The notes beneath the pieces are model-generated. The model had not been told where the DNA came from and searched no databases. It worked only from the letters and a program-made list of their open reading frames with translations. A DNA stretch of 63,764 nucleotides, counting the filler, from Bacteroidales bacterium (lineage in GTDB: Bacteria > Bacteroidota > Bacteroidia > Bacteroidales > CAIWKO01): assembly GCA_035389045.1 (NCBI GenBank). It is 3 parts of 3 records of this genome, joined end to end, with 100 filler letters (N's around TTAATTAATTAA, not from the genome) between each part and the next. Parts side by side here need not be neighbours in the genome. Positions count along the whole stretch, not along the records: positions 25,099 to 49,603 come from DAOORA010000067.1; 2 more parts are not named here. The stretch is one strand, 5' to 3'. A program made the translations under genes and the position numbers. Position 1 is the first letter of the stretch. Each line of letters opens with the position of its first letter. Positions 29,380 to 39,302 of this stretch are shown piece after piece.

Positions 29380-30780
29380 TTATGTTGTTTTTACAATTTG
29401 TGCAAGAAGTTCTGCTTCCATAACTACCTGGTTATTCACAAATGCATGACCTTGCATGTGGCAAATTCCTCTGCGTATCGGGTCAATAAGTTCAAGCCTG
29501 AAAAACAGGGTGTCGCCGGGAACTACCATTTTTTTGAAACGGGCGTTGTCTATTTTCAGGAAATAGGTTAGATAGTTTTCAGGATCAGGAACTGTATTGA
29601 GGACAAAAATACCCCCGCACTGCGCCATGGCTTCGATCTGCAGAACACCCGGCATCACAGGCTTACCGGGAAAATGACCGGTAAAAAAACTTTCGTTAAT
29701 GGTAACATTTTTTATTCCGACAACGGATTTATCATCCATGGTCAGGATTTTATCAATGAGGAGAAAGGGCGGACGGTGGGGTAAAATCCTCTGAATCTGA
29801 ATGTTGTCGTATAAGGGAGCCTGGGTGCTGTCAGGCAGATGAAAAGGATGCTTATTCAGACTTTTGTTTTTTTTTTCTGCGTGGACGGCAACTTTTTTGG
29901 CAAATTCAATATTTGAAAAATGTCCGGGACGTTTAGCGATGACATGTGCCTGAAGGTTGCCTCCCAGCAATGCCAAATCGCCCATCAGGTCGAGCAGTTT
30001 ATGACGGGCAGGTTCATTCTGAAAATGTAATTCCACATTGTTCAGAATACCTTCTTTAAGGACGGTAACTTTGGGCTTATTGAAGAAGGTGGCAAGCCGG
30101 TCGAGTTCTTCCTGTGAAATGATACGGTTGACAAAAATAATGGCATTGTCGAGGTCGCCGCCTTTGATCAGGTTGTTTTTAGCCAGGTATTCAAGTTCGT
30201 GCAGGAAAACAAACGTCCGGCAGGGCGAAATTTCTTTTTCAAATTCCGAAATATCATTAAGCATGGCATACTGCTTTCCGGGCACATCCGAATCGAAATC
30301 AATGAGCGTTGTGATTCTCAGCCTGTCAGACGGAATAGCGATGATCTCCACCTGGTGTTCAGGATCTGTATATTCAATGTTTGAAGTGATCGTAATTATT
30401 TTTTTCGGAGCGTTCTGTTCAATAGTTCCGGCTTTTTTCAGGACCTCCACATATTTCGACGAACTACCATCGAGGATGGGTGTTTCTGTACTGTCGATCA
30501 GTATCAGGACGTTATCCACCGACATTCCTGTCAGGGCGGCTAACACATGTTCTATGGTGCAAACACGTACACCGTTCTCTTCGATGCTGGTGCCCCTGGA
30601 TGTATCGGTTACATTGCTTATAATAGCGTGTACGAGTGGCTGATTTTCAAGATCAATACGCTTAAAAACGATTCCATGATTTTCAGGAGCCGGATTAAAG
30701 GTGATGGTAACATTTTTACCGGTGTGAAGTCCTTTGCCAGTAAGACTTACCGGAGATGCGACGGTATTTTGTTTCATCAT
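29380..30780 (-). CDS. lpxC: Bifunctional LpxC deacetylase / FabZ dehydratase
   Basis: GKGLHTG, TIEHVLAAL, PILDGSS, HKLLDLMGDL; then LPHRPPFLLIDK, FFTGHFPGKPVMPGVLQIEAMAQ; start taken at ATG 30780. Confidence 0.95.
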   Translation of the reverse strand: MMKQNTVASPVSLTGKGLHTGKNVTITFNPAPENHGIVFKRIDLENQPLVHAIISNVTDTSRGTSIEENGVRVCTIEHVLAALTGMSVDNVLILIDSTETPILDGSSSKYVEVLKKAGTIEQNAPKKIITITSNIEYTDPEHQVEIIAIPSDRLRITTLIDFDSDVPGKQYAMLNDISEFEKEISPCRTFVFLHELEYLAKNNLIKGGDLDNAIIFVNRIISQEELDRLATFFNKPKVTVLKEGILNNVELHFQNEPARHKLLDLMGDLALLGGNLQAHVIAKRPGHFSNIEFAKKVAVHAEKKNKSLNKHPFHLPDSTQAPLYDNIQIQRILPHRPPFLLIDKILTMDDKSVVGIKNVTINESFFTGHFPGKPVMPGVLQIEAMAQCGGIFVLNTVPDPENYLTYFLKIDNARFKKMVVPGDTLFFRLELIDPIRRGICHMQGHAFVNNQVVMEAELLAQIVKTT

Positions 30781-30789
30781 ATCAGCCGG

Positions 30790-30797
30790 CAAAGTTA
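30790..30797 (-). promoter_or_regulatory. -7 promoter element upstream of lpxC-fabZ
   Basis: TAACTTTG on the minus strand. Confidence 0.5.
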
Positions 30798-30885
30798 ATA
30801 AAAAATATTAATGAGCAAATAAATATTACTTTTAAACGAAGTTAAATACAGGATAAATACCAAGAAATTTATTATGACCTGCATA

Positions 30886-32106
30886 TCAATGAAAAGGCAG
30901 CATCAGCAGATCAATTTCCTGGAAAGGAATATGAAATAAGTCGCTGATATACTTGCTGGTAAGTATGCCATTGAATAAATAGGTTCCGGTACGTATGCCT
31001 TTTTCATTTCTTAAATAGTTTTCGACACCCCCTTCTTCGGCAATTTGTAAAATGACGGGAGCAAAAAAATTACTCAGCGCGTTGGATGCGGTATGAGGAA
31101 CTTTGGAAGGAATATTAGGAACACAAAAATGTGTAATACCGAATTTTTTAAATACCGGTTGTGTATGATTTGTGGCATGTGATGTTTCGGAACATCCTCC
31201 GTTATCAATACTTACGTCAATGATCACGGATCCGTAAGGCATTTCCCTGACCATATTCTCTGTGATCACGCAGGGTGTCCGTCCGTTGACGGGATTCAGT
31301 GCCCCGATCACCACATCGGCTGTACGAAGCGCTTTTGCAAGGACTTTTTGCTGAATCACCGATGTAAAAAGTCGCTGACCAAGTTTGTTCTGTATGCTTC
31401 TTAATTTAAATATTGAATTATCGAATATTTTAACCAGGGCACCCATGCCTATTGCGGCGCGTGCAGCAAACTCACCAACGGTTCCCGCTCCGATGATGAC
31501 TACTTCTGCCGGGGCTATGCCTGGAAAACCGCCGAGACTTTTGCCTTTGCCATATTCAATGCTGCACAGGTATTCGGCTGCAATAAAAACCGATGTATTA
31601 CCCACTATTTCGCTCATAGACCGGATAACCGGGAAGGAGTTGGTTTTGTCTTTGATGTGTTCATAGGAAACGGCAGTAACTTTTTTTGACATTAACTGCT
31701 TGAAAAATGTTTCTTGCTGCCCTGGCAGGTTAAGCGCTGAAAACAAAGTAGTTCTCGCCTTGAATTTTTCAATTTCGGACGTTATCGGGGGGGCGACTTT
31801 TATGATCAGGTCAGACTGGTAAACCTCGGCAGTATTATAAACCATCGCGGCACCGGCTTCAATGTATTCATTGTCAGGAAAATGAGCCGCCTTGCCGGCA
31901 TTGGATTCAATCAACACTCTATGGCCATTGTTGACAATGACACTGACATCTTCGGGAATAAGGCCGATCCGGTTTTCCTGGAAAGCTATTTCTTTTGGAA
32001 TTCCAATGGTCAGCTGCTTTTTATGTTTTTTTATTTCAAGCATCTCGGGCTGGGGCATCATCTGTTCCGACCGTGAAAACTGAACAAAATCTTTTTTGGG
32101 ATTCAT
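30886..32106 (-). CDS. ald: Alanine dehydrogenase
   Basis: IGIPKE...ENR, MSEIVG, VVIIGAGTVG, IDVSIDNGGCSETS, HFCVPNIP. Confidence 0.9.
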   Translation of the reverse strand: MNPKKDFVQFSRSEQMMPQPEMLEIKKHKKQLTIGIPKEIAFQENRIGLIPEDVSVIVNNGHRVLIESNAGKAAHFPDNEYIEAGAAMVYNTAEVYQSDLIIKVAPPITSEIEKFKARTTLFSALNLPGQQETFFKQLMSKKVTAVSYEHIKDKTNSFPVIRSMSEIVGNTSVFIAAEYLCSIEYGKGKSLGGFPGIAPAEVVIIGAGTVGEFAARAAIGMGALVKIFDNSIFKLRSIQNKLGQRLFTSVIQQKVLAKALRTADVVIGALNPVNGRTPCVITENMVREMPYGSVIIDVSIDNGGCSETSHATNHTQPVFKKFGITHFCVPNIPSKVPHTASNALSNFFAPVILQIAEEGGVENYLRNEKGIRTGTYLFNGILTSKYISDLFHIPFQEIDLLMLPFH

Positions 32107-32142
32107 ATTGATGGTTTGGATGTATAAAAATACAAAAAAAAA

Positions 32143-32583
32143 CTATACAACAGCAGTTTTTTTATCAAAAGAAATGATACGCGACTGTTTGTTTTTTTTT
32201 GTTTCAATACATATTTCCACATAGTCAGAGGGAAGGATATGCTCCGCTATTTCAGGCCATTCAATAAAACAATAATGTCCGCTGTAAAAATATTCTTCGT
32301 AGCCAATATCGAAAATTTCATCAATATTATTTATCCTGTAAAAATCAAAATGATAGATGATATCGCCTTCAGTTGTGGGATATTCGTTGACCAGTGCAAA
32401 CGAGGGGCTGTTTGTTAATCCGGTAACATTCAGCTTTTTACATATAGCTTTTATAAGTGTGGTCTTACCGGCGCCAAGATCGCCTCTGAAGATAAAAATC
32501 CGGTTTTCAGGGAAAGAGTTCAGTATGGCATCAGCAATATCAGGTAATCCATTGATGTTATTGCAGACAAAACATTGACTCAT
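32143..32583 (-). CDS. tsaE: tRNA threonylcarbamoyladenosine ATPase TsaE
   Basis: GDLGAGKTT, SPSFALVNEY, YHFDFYRI, IEWPE. Confidence 0.95.
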   Translation of the reverse strand: MSQCFVCNNINGLPDIADAILNSFPENRIFIFRGDLGAGKTTLIKAICKKLNVTGLTNSPSFALVNEYPTTEGDIIYHFDFYRINNIDEIFDIGYEEYFYSGHYCFIEWPEIAEHILPSDYVEICIETKKNKQSRIISFDKKTAVV

Positions 32584-32585
32584 AA

Positions 32586-34139
32586 TTATTTCGGGTTAAG
32601 AAATATAACAGGGATCAATATTTCCTCGAGGGAAATACCGCCATGCTGAAAGGTGTTTTTATAATAATTGACGTAATAATTGTAGTTATTCGGATAAGCA
32701 AAAAAATTACTCTCCCTGCAAAACACATAGGTTGTGCTGACATTGATCCGTGGAAGGAAGATATCCGCAGGATTTCTGACCTCAAAGACGCTTTTCTTTT
32801 CAAAATCCAGCGCCCTGCCGTATTTGTATCTGAGGTTGGTATTGGTATTTTTATCGCCCAGTATTTTCACGGGATTCTGCACTTTAACACTGCCGTGGTC
32901 TGTGGTCAGCAGCAGGTTTACTTTCTGGCCGGCGAGGTATTTTATTACATCAAGCAGCGGGGAATGTTTTAACCATGATAAGGTGATTGACCGGTAAGCC
33001 GCTTCATCGTCAGCCAGTTCACGAATGATCTCCATATCGGTCCGGGCATGTGATAACATGTCGACAAAATTGTAAACCAGTACGTTCATCTTATTACTCA
33101 TGATGTTGGGCAGGTTCTCGACATATTTTTTTCCTGCAGTTATATTCAGTATCTTGGAATAATTGTACCTGATATCCTTACCGTATCTCCGGAGGAGTTC
33201 GCCAAGCAATTCATTCTCGAACTGATTTTTTGTGCCTTCATCTTCTTCATAGGTCCAGTATTTGGGATATTTACGTTCGATCTCGGTGGGCAGCAAACCC
33301 GCAAAAAAGGCATTCCTGGCATATTGTGTCGCCGAAGGCAGGATGCTGTAATACAATTCGTCGTTCTGAACCCTGTAAAATTCCTCAATAACGGGCTGCA
33401 ATACTTTCCACTGATCGTACCTGAGGTTGTCGATAACAATCACAAAGAGATTTTCGGGCAGGTTCAGCAACGGAAATATTTTTTCCTTGAACAAATTGTG
33501 CGACATCACCGGTTTATCCGGGTTTTTACCGCTCAGCCATCCGAGGTAATTGTTTTCGTAATATTTTGAAAACATGGTGTTTGCTTCTGATTTCTGAAGG
33601 CGGAGGACCTCGTTCATGGGCTCATCATTCGACTTTTCAAGCTCTAATTCCCAGAAAGTCATTTTTTTATACACTTCGATCCATTCGCTGTGCGACAGGC
33701 GGTTGGAAATGTCCATACCGATATTCCGGAATTGCTGCTGGTAGGCCTGGGTAGTCTTTTCACTGATGATCCGCTTGTTCTCGAGGTTCTTTTTCAGACA
33801 GAGCAGTATCTGGTTGGGGTTTACGGGCTTGATCAGGTAATCGGAAATATTGGAGCCAATGGCATCCTCCATAGTATGTTCCTGTTCGTTTCGTGTGATC
33901 ATGATCACCGGCAGGTTGGGATAGTCTTTCCTGATCCGTGTCAGCGTTTCGATACCGGTAAGTCCGGGCATATTTTCATCCAGGAAGATGATATCGAAAT
34001 CATTTTCAAGGATCTGATCGAGGGCTTCATCACCGTTATTGGAAGTGCGTACATCGTATCCTTTTTCCTCCAGAAATAAAATGTAAGGTTTCAGCAGATC
34101 GATTTCATCGTCTACCCATAATATTTTAATTTTTGTCAT
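32586..34139 (-). CDS. porX: T9SS response regulator PorX (REC + PglZ)
   Basis: ILWVDDEID, FLDENMPG, IDNLRYDQW, LPSATQYARNA, TTDHG, FQHGGISLEE. Confidence 0.92.
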   Translation of the reverse strand: MTKIKILWVDDEIDLLKPYILFLEEKGYDVRTSNNGDEALDQILENDFDIIFLDENMPGLTGIETLTRIRKDYPNLPVIMITRNEQEHTMEDAIGSNISDYLIKPVNPNQILLCLKKNLENKRIISEKTTQAYQQQFRNIGMDISNRLSHSEWIEVYKKMTFWELELEKSNDEPMNEVLRLQKSEANTMFSKYYENNYLGWLSGKNPDKPVMSHNLFKEKIFPLLNLPENLFVIVIDNLRYDQWKVLQPVIEEFYRVQNDELYYSILPSATQYARNAFFAGLLPTEIERKYPKYWTYEEDEGTKNQFENELLGELLRRYGKDIRYNYSKILNITAGKKYVENLPNIMSNKMNVLVYNFVDMLSHARTDMEIIRELADDEAAYRSITLSWLKHSPLLDVIKYLAGQKVNLLLTTDHGSVKVQNPVKILGDKNTNTNLRYKYGRALDFEKKSVFEVRNPADIFLPRINVSTTYVFCRESNFFAYPNNYNYYVNYYKNTFQHGGISLEEILIPVIFLNPK

Positions 34140-34233
34140 ATTTGTAACGGTGTTTTATAATACGTTAAAAAAATATTGTAATATTGACACGGATTTTCAT
34201 TTGCAAAAATACGAATTATTAAGTCTTGGAATT

Positions 34234-35466
34234 TTGGTTCACAACAAAAGAAAAATAATAAACGATCCGGTACACGGATTTATTACTATTCCCAGCGAGC
34301 TGATCTTTGATATTATCGAACATCCTTATTTTCAGCGCTTGCGGCACATCAAACAACTTGGCCTTACTTATCTGGTTTACCCCGGAGCCATACACACCCG
34401 TTTTCAGCATGCGGTGGGCGCCCTGCACCTGATGACTCAGGCAGTGGAGATGCTGAAGGTGAAAGGAGTAGTGATTACCGATGAAGAGATTCAGGGACTT
34501 TACCTTGCTATTTTGCTGCACGATGCCGGCCACGGTCCTTTTTCTCATGCGCTGGAACATACCCTGGTTGAGAAGGTCAGCCATGAAACGCTGTCACTGT
34601 TGTTTTTTCAAAGGTTGAACAGCATTTTTGACGGTAAGCTGCAACTGGCAACACGGATATTTTCGGACGATTACCCAAAAAAATTCCTGCATCAGCTGGT
34701 GTCCGGCCAATTAGATGTTGACCGGCTTGACTACCTGATGCGCGACAGCTTTTTTACCGGAGTTTCCGAAGGCGTGGTCAGCACCGACCGCATCATCAAG
34801 ATGCTGAACGTTTATAACGATGAACTGGTGGTGGATGTAAAAGGTGTATATTCCATAGAGAACTTTATTGTTGCCCGCCGCCTGATGTACTGGCAGGTGT
34901 ACCTCCATAAAACGGTACTTTCGGCCGAACACCAGCTGATCAACATTCTGAATCGTGCAAAATACCTGTGCGAAAAAGGGGGCCACCTTTTTACGACACC
35001 GGCGCTGGAGGTCTTTTTGAAAAACCGTTTTACTATTGAGGATTTTGATAATGATCCCGAACTGCTTGACAAATTTGCCGAGCTCGATGACCATGATGTG
35101 TTTTTATCAGTTAAAATGTGGTCAAAATCAAAGGATAAGGTATTGGCATTGCTCAGCAAAAAACTGATTGAACGAAAGTTGCTCAGGATAGAGATCAGCG
35201 ATACACCTTTTGACCAAACGTATATCACAAACCTGAGGCAAAAAACTCAAAAGGCATTCGGTATCGGAGAAGAAGAATCGGCTTATTTTGTTTTTTCGGA
35301 GGAGGTGGCCAACAATGCTTACAACCCTTATTTTGATATAATTCATATTTTATATAAGGATAACAGGGTTCTTGATATTACTGAAAGTTCTGACCAGCTT
35401 AATATCAGCCTTTTGTCTAAAACTGTCCGAAGATACTTTTTGTGTTATCCAAAAAATCTTTCATAA
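34234..35466 (+). CDS. HD-domain phosphohydrolase (dNTP triphosphohydrolase-like)
   Basis: NDPVHG, FQRLRHIKQLG, HTRFQH, LLHDAGHGPFSH, DVDRLDYL; probable TTG start at 34234. Confidence 0.9.
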   Translation: MVHNKRKIINDPVHGFITIPSELIFDIIEHPYFQRLRHIKQLGLTYLVYPGAIHTRFQHAVGALHLMTQAVEMLKVKGVVITDEEIQGLYLAILLHDAGHGPFSHALEHTLVEKVSHETLSLLFFQRLNSIFDGKLQLATRIFSDDYPKKFLHQLVSGQLDVDRLDYLMRDSFFTGVSEGVVSTDRIIKMLNVYNDELVVDVKGVYSIENFIVARRLMYWQVYLHKTVLSAEHQLINILNRAKYLCEKGGHLFTTPALEVFLKNRFTIEDFDNDPELLDKFAELDDHDVFLSVKMWSKSKDKVLALLSKKLIERKLLRIEISDTPFDQTYITNLRQKTQKAFGIGEEESAYFVFSEEVANNAYNPYFDIIHILYKDNRVLDITESSDQLNISLLSKTVRRYFLCYPKNLS

Positions 35467-35576
35467 AAAAAAGTTGAAAAAAATGTAACAAACACTGAAA
35501 TAAATCAACAAAATTATTGTTTATCGTTTCGGAGAATTCCAAGTGCAACAAATAATAATTAATTAAATCAATCAAA

Positions 35577-38384
35577 ATGAAAAAATTGCTTCTCTTTTGT
35601 CTGAGTATTCTGTTTCTGACAGGGCTCAGTGTGAATGCCCAGAATCTGACGGCAAAAATTCCGGTATCCGATAAGGTTAAGATCGGAACGCTGCCCAACG
35701 GGCTGAAATATTATATAAAATATAATGCAAAACCCGAGCATAAAGTGGAGCTCAGGCTTGCCGTGAATGCCGGTGCTATACTGGAAGATGACGACCAGCA
35801 GGGTCTGGCGCATTTTATGGAGCACATGAATTTTAATGGCCTGAAGCATTTTCCGGGTAACGAACTGGTTCACTATTTACAGAGCATTGGCGTAGGTTTT
35901 GGCAACGACCTGAATGCTTATACCGGTTTTGACCAGACCGTATATATGCTTCCGTTTCCCAGCGATGATCCTGACAAGATTGATAAATCATTTACTGTGC
36001 TTGCCGACTGGGCGCAGGGTTCTTTGCTGACCAATGAAGAGATTGACAAGGAGCGCGGTGTTATTCTGTCGGAAAGCCGCCTGGGCAGAGGTGCTGACGA
36101 CCGTATGATGAAGATATGGCTGCCCAAAATGCTCAATGGCTCAAAGTATGCCAATCGCCTGCCGATAGGCAAAGACTCCATCATCGAAAAATTTGATTAC
36201 AGCGTTTTGCGGCGTTTTTACACCGACTGGTACCGGCCGGAATTACAGGCAGTGATAGTCGTAGGCGATATGCCTGTGGAAGAAGCAGAAAAACAGATTA
36301 TTGAGAAATTCGGCGGACTGAAAAATCCCGTTCCTTCACGGAAACGCCAGGAGTTGTTTGAGGTGAAACCCTTTACTGAAAGTCAGGCACTGGTCGTCAG
36401 CGATGCTGAAGCAGACATGACCTTTGTAAGTATTTTGGGCAGTTCAAGGGAAGATAAGCCTTCGGTAACCGAAGCCGATTACCTGAATGACGTTATTGAG
36501 CAACTTCTCTCCACCATGATTTCGTCACGTCTGGACGAGTTGGTAAGTTCTGCCAATCCTCCGTTTATTTATGCCTATACCTACTTAGGCGGCTGGGCCA
36601 GAGGATATAAGAATTTTACCGCTGGCGCTATGTGTAGTCCTGATGGAATAAAAAATGCTGTCCAGGCGCTGGTGGTTGAATGCCTGCGCGCCAAAAAATA
36701 TGGTTTCACCGAACAGGAACTTGTCAGGGCTAAAGCATCCCTGCTATCACAATACGAAAAACAATATAACGAACGTGATAAAACTGAATCGGGACGCCTG
36801 GTGTGGGAATATGTGAACAACTACCTGGAACAGGAACCTATCCCCGGCATAGAATGGGAATATAATTTTGTAAAAAATCATATTGATAATATCAAGTTGA
36901 AAGATTTTGACGAAGTGCGCAGTAAGATCAATATTGATGAGAAATATTTCAGCTATGTCACCACCAAGACTTCGGATAAACTGCCTGCCAATGAGCAGTT
37001 GAAAAAATGGATAGACGAAGCCTTCAAAAGTAATATTACTCCTTACCAGGAAAAACAAATTGCTTCAGCGCTGCTAAAAAAAGAACCTGCAGCAGGAAAA
37101 ATTGTCAGCACCGAGAAGAACGAAAAATTAGGTACTACCACATACAAACTAAGCAATGGCGCTATCGTTTGCCTGAAACCCACCGACTTCAAGAATGATG
37201 AGATCCTGTTCAAGGGATCAAAATTCGGAGGATTCAGCGCCTACACCGGCAAAGATTATCAGAGTGCACAATACAGCAACAATGTTACCGAAGAGATGGG
37301 CTATGGTGAATTTTCGAAGACCGACCTTGAAAAGTTCTTATCAGGGAAAGTTGTTAATGTGATACCGGTGGTGGATGAGTACACCGAGTATGTCAGCGGA
37401 AGCAGCAGTGTGAAAGACCTGGAAACCATGTTCCAGCTGATCTACCTGAAATGCACCGAACCCCGCAAAGACATGGAAGCTTTTAATTCGTACATCACAC
37501 GGTCGAAACAGCAGCTGCTCCTTCTGAAGCAAAATCCCGAGAACCTTTTTGCCGATACGTTATACAATACGCTGTATCAGGGCAACTCACGTGCACATCA
37601 GATCGACAATCCCGGTGATTATGACAAGATCAACGTGGACAATGCCATAGCATATTATAAAGACAGGATCGGCAATCCATCCGGTATGTATTACACCTTT
37701 GTGGGTACGTTTACCGAAGAAAAAATAAAACCGCTGATTGAAAAATATATTGGTGGTATCCCTGCAGGACAATCCAAGGCCGAATACAAAAGCCTGGGCA
37801 TGATTATCAAACCCGGCAATAACAGTTTCACCCTGCACAAAGGCAAGGAACAAAAAGCCATGCTGATCCATTATTTTTCGGCCGATATGAAATTTGATGC
37901 GGAGGATAATTTTATGCTTGCCCAGCTGAACGGAATTATTAACAACAGGGTTACCGATACGATACGGGAGAAGATGGGCGCCATATACGGCGGAGGATGC
38001 TACGGCTCATTGAAGAAATATCCTAAGGAAGAACTCCTGGTGCAGTCGTATTTTCCCTGCAGCCCTGAAAATATCAACAAGGTTGACGAGGCCTTTACCA
38101 GCCTGGTCAACGAAACGAAAATTCCGGGCAACATCACGGCAAACGACTGGAAAAGGGTGCGGGAGCCGGCTATTGAAACCTATAAGGTTAATATCAAGAA
38201 AAATAATTACTGGTTAAGTAATCTTCAGTCTGCTTATCTCACCGGCACCGACCCTGAACGTATCCTCACCGTGGAAGAACGGCTGAACAAGATCACTCCG
38301 GCACAGTTAGAGGAAACGGCACGTAAGTTCTATAGCAAACAGAATATTTTTAAAGGATTCTGGCTACCGGAAAAAACAAAATAA
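35577..38384 (+). CDS. M16 family zinc peptidase (PqqL-like)
   Basis: Signal peptide, LPNGLKYY, GLAHFMEH (HxxEH), NAYT, RLPIG, second-half LSNG. Confidence 0.92.
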   Translation: MKKLLLFCLSILFLTGLSVNAQNLTAKIPVSDKVKIGTLPNGLKYYIKYNAKPEHKVELRLAVNAGAILEDDDQQGLAHFMEHMNFNGLKHFPGNELVHYLQSIGVGFGNDLNAYTGFDQTVYMLPFPSDDPDKIDKSFTVLADWAQGSLLTNEEIDKERGVILSESRLGRGADDRMMKIWLPKMLNGSKYANRLPIGKDSIIEKFDYSVLRRFYTDWYRPELQAVIVVGDMPVEEAEKQIIEKFGGLKNPVPSRKRQELFEVKPFTESQALVVSDAEADMTFVSILGSSREDKPSVTEADYLNDVIEQLLSTMISSRLDELVSSANPPFIYAYTYLGGWARGYKNFTAGAMCSPDGIKNAVQALVVECLRAKKYGFTEQELVRAKASLLSQYEKQYNERDKTESGRLVWEYVNNYLEQEPIPGIEWEYNFVKNHIDNIKLKDFDEVRSKINIDEKYFSYVTTKTSDKLPANEQLKKWIDEAFKSNITPYQEKQIASALLKKEPAAGKIVSTEKNEKLGTTTYKLSNGAIVCLKPTDFKNDEILFKGSKFGGFSAYTGKDYQSAQYSNNVTEEMGYGEFSKTDLEKFLSGKVVNVIPVVDEYTEYVSGSSSVKDLETMFQLIYLKCTEPRKDMEAFNSYITRSKQQLLLLKQNPENLFADTLYNTLYQGNSRAHQIDNPGDYDKINVDNAIAYYKDRIGNPSGMYYTFVGTFTEEKIKPLIEKYIGGIPAGQSKAEYKSLGMIIKPGNNSFTLHKGKEQKAMLIHYFSADMKFDAEDNFMLAQLNGIINNRVTDTIREKMGAIYGGGCYGSLKKYPKEELLVQSYFPCSPENINKVDEAFTSLVNETKIPGNITANDWKRVREPAIETYKVNIKKNNYWLSNLQSAYLTGTDPERILTVEERLNKITPAQLEETARKFYSKQNIFKGFWLPEKTK

Positions 38385-38411
38385 ACAACACATAAGAATT
38401 TGTATGTTGAT

Positions 38412-38494
38412 TTAACCCGAATTACGCAATAGAAATTTTCTATTGCGTAATTGACGGGAAAATTGCAAAAAAAGCAATTTTTTGTCAGGGTTAA
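38412..38494. repeat. Compound palindrome
   Basis: TTAACCC...GGGTTAA encloses a perfect 16-bp inverted repeat AATTACGCAATAGAAA-T-TTTCTATTGCGTAATT (38420-38452) and a second hairpin AAAATTGC-A7-GCAATTTT. Confidence 0.75.
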
Positions 38495-38495
38495 T

Positions 38496-38526
38496 AAAAA
38501 GGTCTGTATAGGTGCAGGCCTTTTTT
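38496..38526 (+). terminator. Probable intrinsic terminator after the M16 peptidase gene
   Basis: AAAAAGGTCTGTA-TAGG-TGCAGGCC-TTTTTT hairpin (with G-U pairs) followed by a T-run. Confidence 0.6.
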
Positions 38527-38542
38527 GTTATGGAAGTATTAT

Positions 38543-38701
38543 GAAATTGTTTTGATTTTATCTTTTCATATCTTTATGCGTCTTTTTTGCTGCAACTTCG
38601 TTAGATTTTTCGACATAGGATAAACTATGTCTGCAAAATCTGCCTCGTTTCGCTAAAAAATCCATCATAAATCTTATGTAACATAAAATCAAAACAGTTT
38701 C
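38543..38701. mobile_element. MITE-like non-coding element (159 bp)
   Basis: 19-bp terminal inverted repeats with one mismatch (GAAATTGTTTTGATTTTAT / ATAAAATCAAAACAGTTTC); central hairpin GACATAG-GATAAA-CTATGTC. Confidence 0.65.
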
Positions 38702-38920
38702 TAAAATTATTTACAAATAAAAAAATAAAATAAAAAACGGTTTGCTATACACTTATTATTCAGAATGTTGCCTCGGATTTGGAGGTTTTATATTTGTGCA
38801 TGGTGTCGTTGAAAAGAATAATTGAATTAAATTTGGAACAGCAATCCAAATTATATATATGGTTTGATAAAATAAATTTGAGGCAATAAATTAAATACTA
38901 ACCTTTTAGAAATAATACCT

Positions 38921-39235
38921 ATGAAAATTCAGGTTAATACGGATAAAAACTTCAAAGACACTCAGGATTTTGAAGTATTTGTGGAAGAGAAAGTCGGAAA
39001 GCTGTTAAAACGTTTTGCCGATAAAATTACCCGTGTGGAAATACATTTTTCAGATCAAAATGCTCAAAAAAACACTCCCGACGATGTATATTGCACTATT
39101 GAGGCCCGGGTTGACGGATTGTCTCCGGTGGCAGTAACCGGCAAGAGCAGTAGCAGGGAAAAAGCCCTCGGTGATGCTGTAAAAAAAATTAAGGCGGCCC
39201 TGGACACAGTGATAGGAAAACTGAAAAAAAAATAA
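38921..39235 (+). CDS. HPF/RaiA family ribosome-associated protein
   Basis: MKIQVNTDKN, ITRVEIHFSD, CTIEARV.GL.PVAVT; -7 box TAAATTTG at 38873-38880. Confidence 0.85.
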   Translation: MKIQVNTDKNFKDTQDFEVFVEEKVGKLLKRFADKITRVEIHFSDQNAQKNTPDDVYCTIEARVDGLSPVAVTGKSSSREKALGDAVKKIKAALDTVIGKLKKK

Positions 39236-39302
39236 TCATGTACTAAAGGAAAACAGCACGTATTTATGCTTAAACAATCGCTGTCCTGAAAAAAATGCTA
39301 CT

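Noticed and set aside
32586..34139. PglZ domain suggesting BREX defence
   Set aside because: REC-PglZ fusion next to tsaE is the T9SS regulator PorX; no brx genes present
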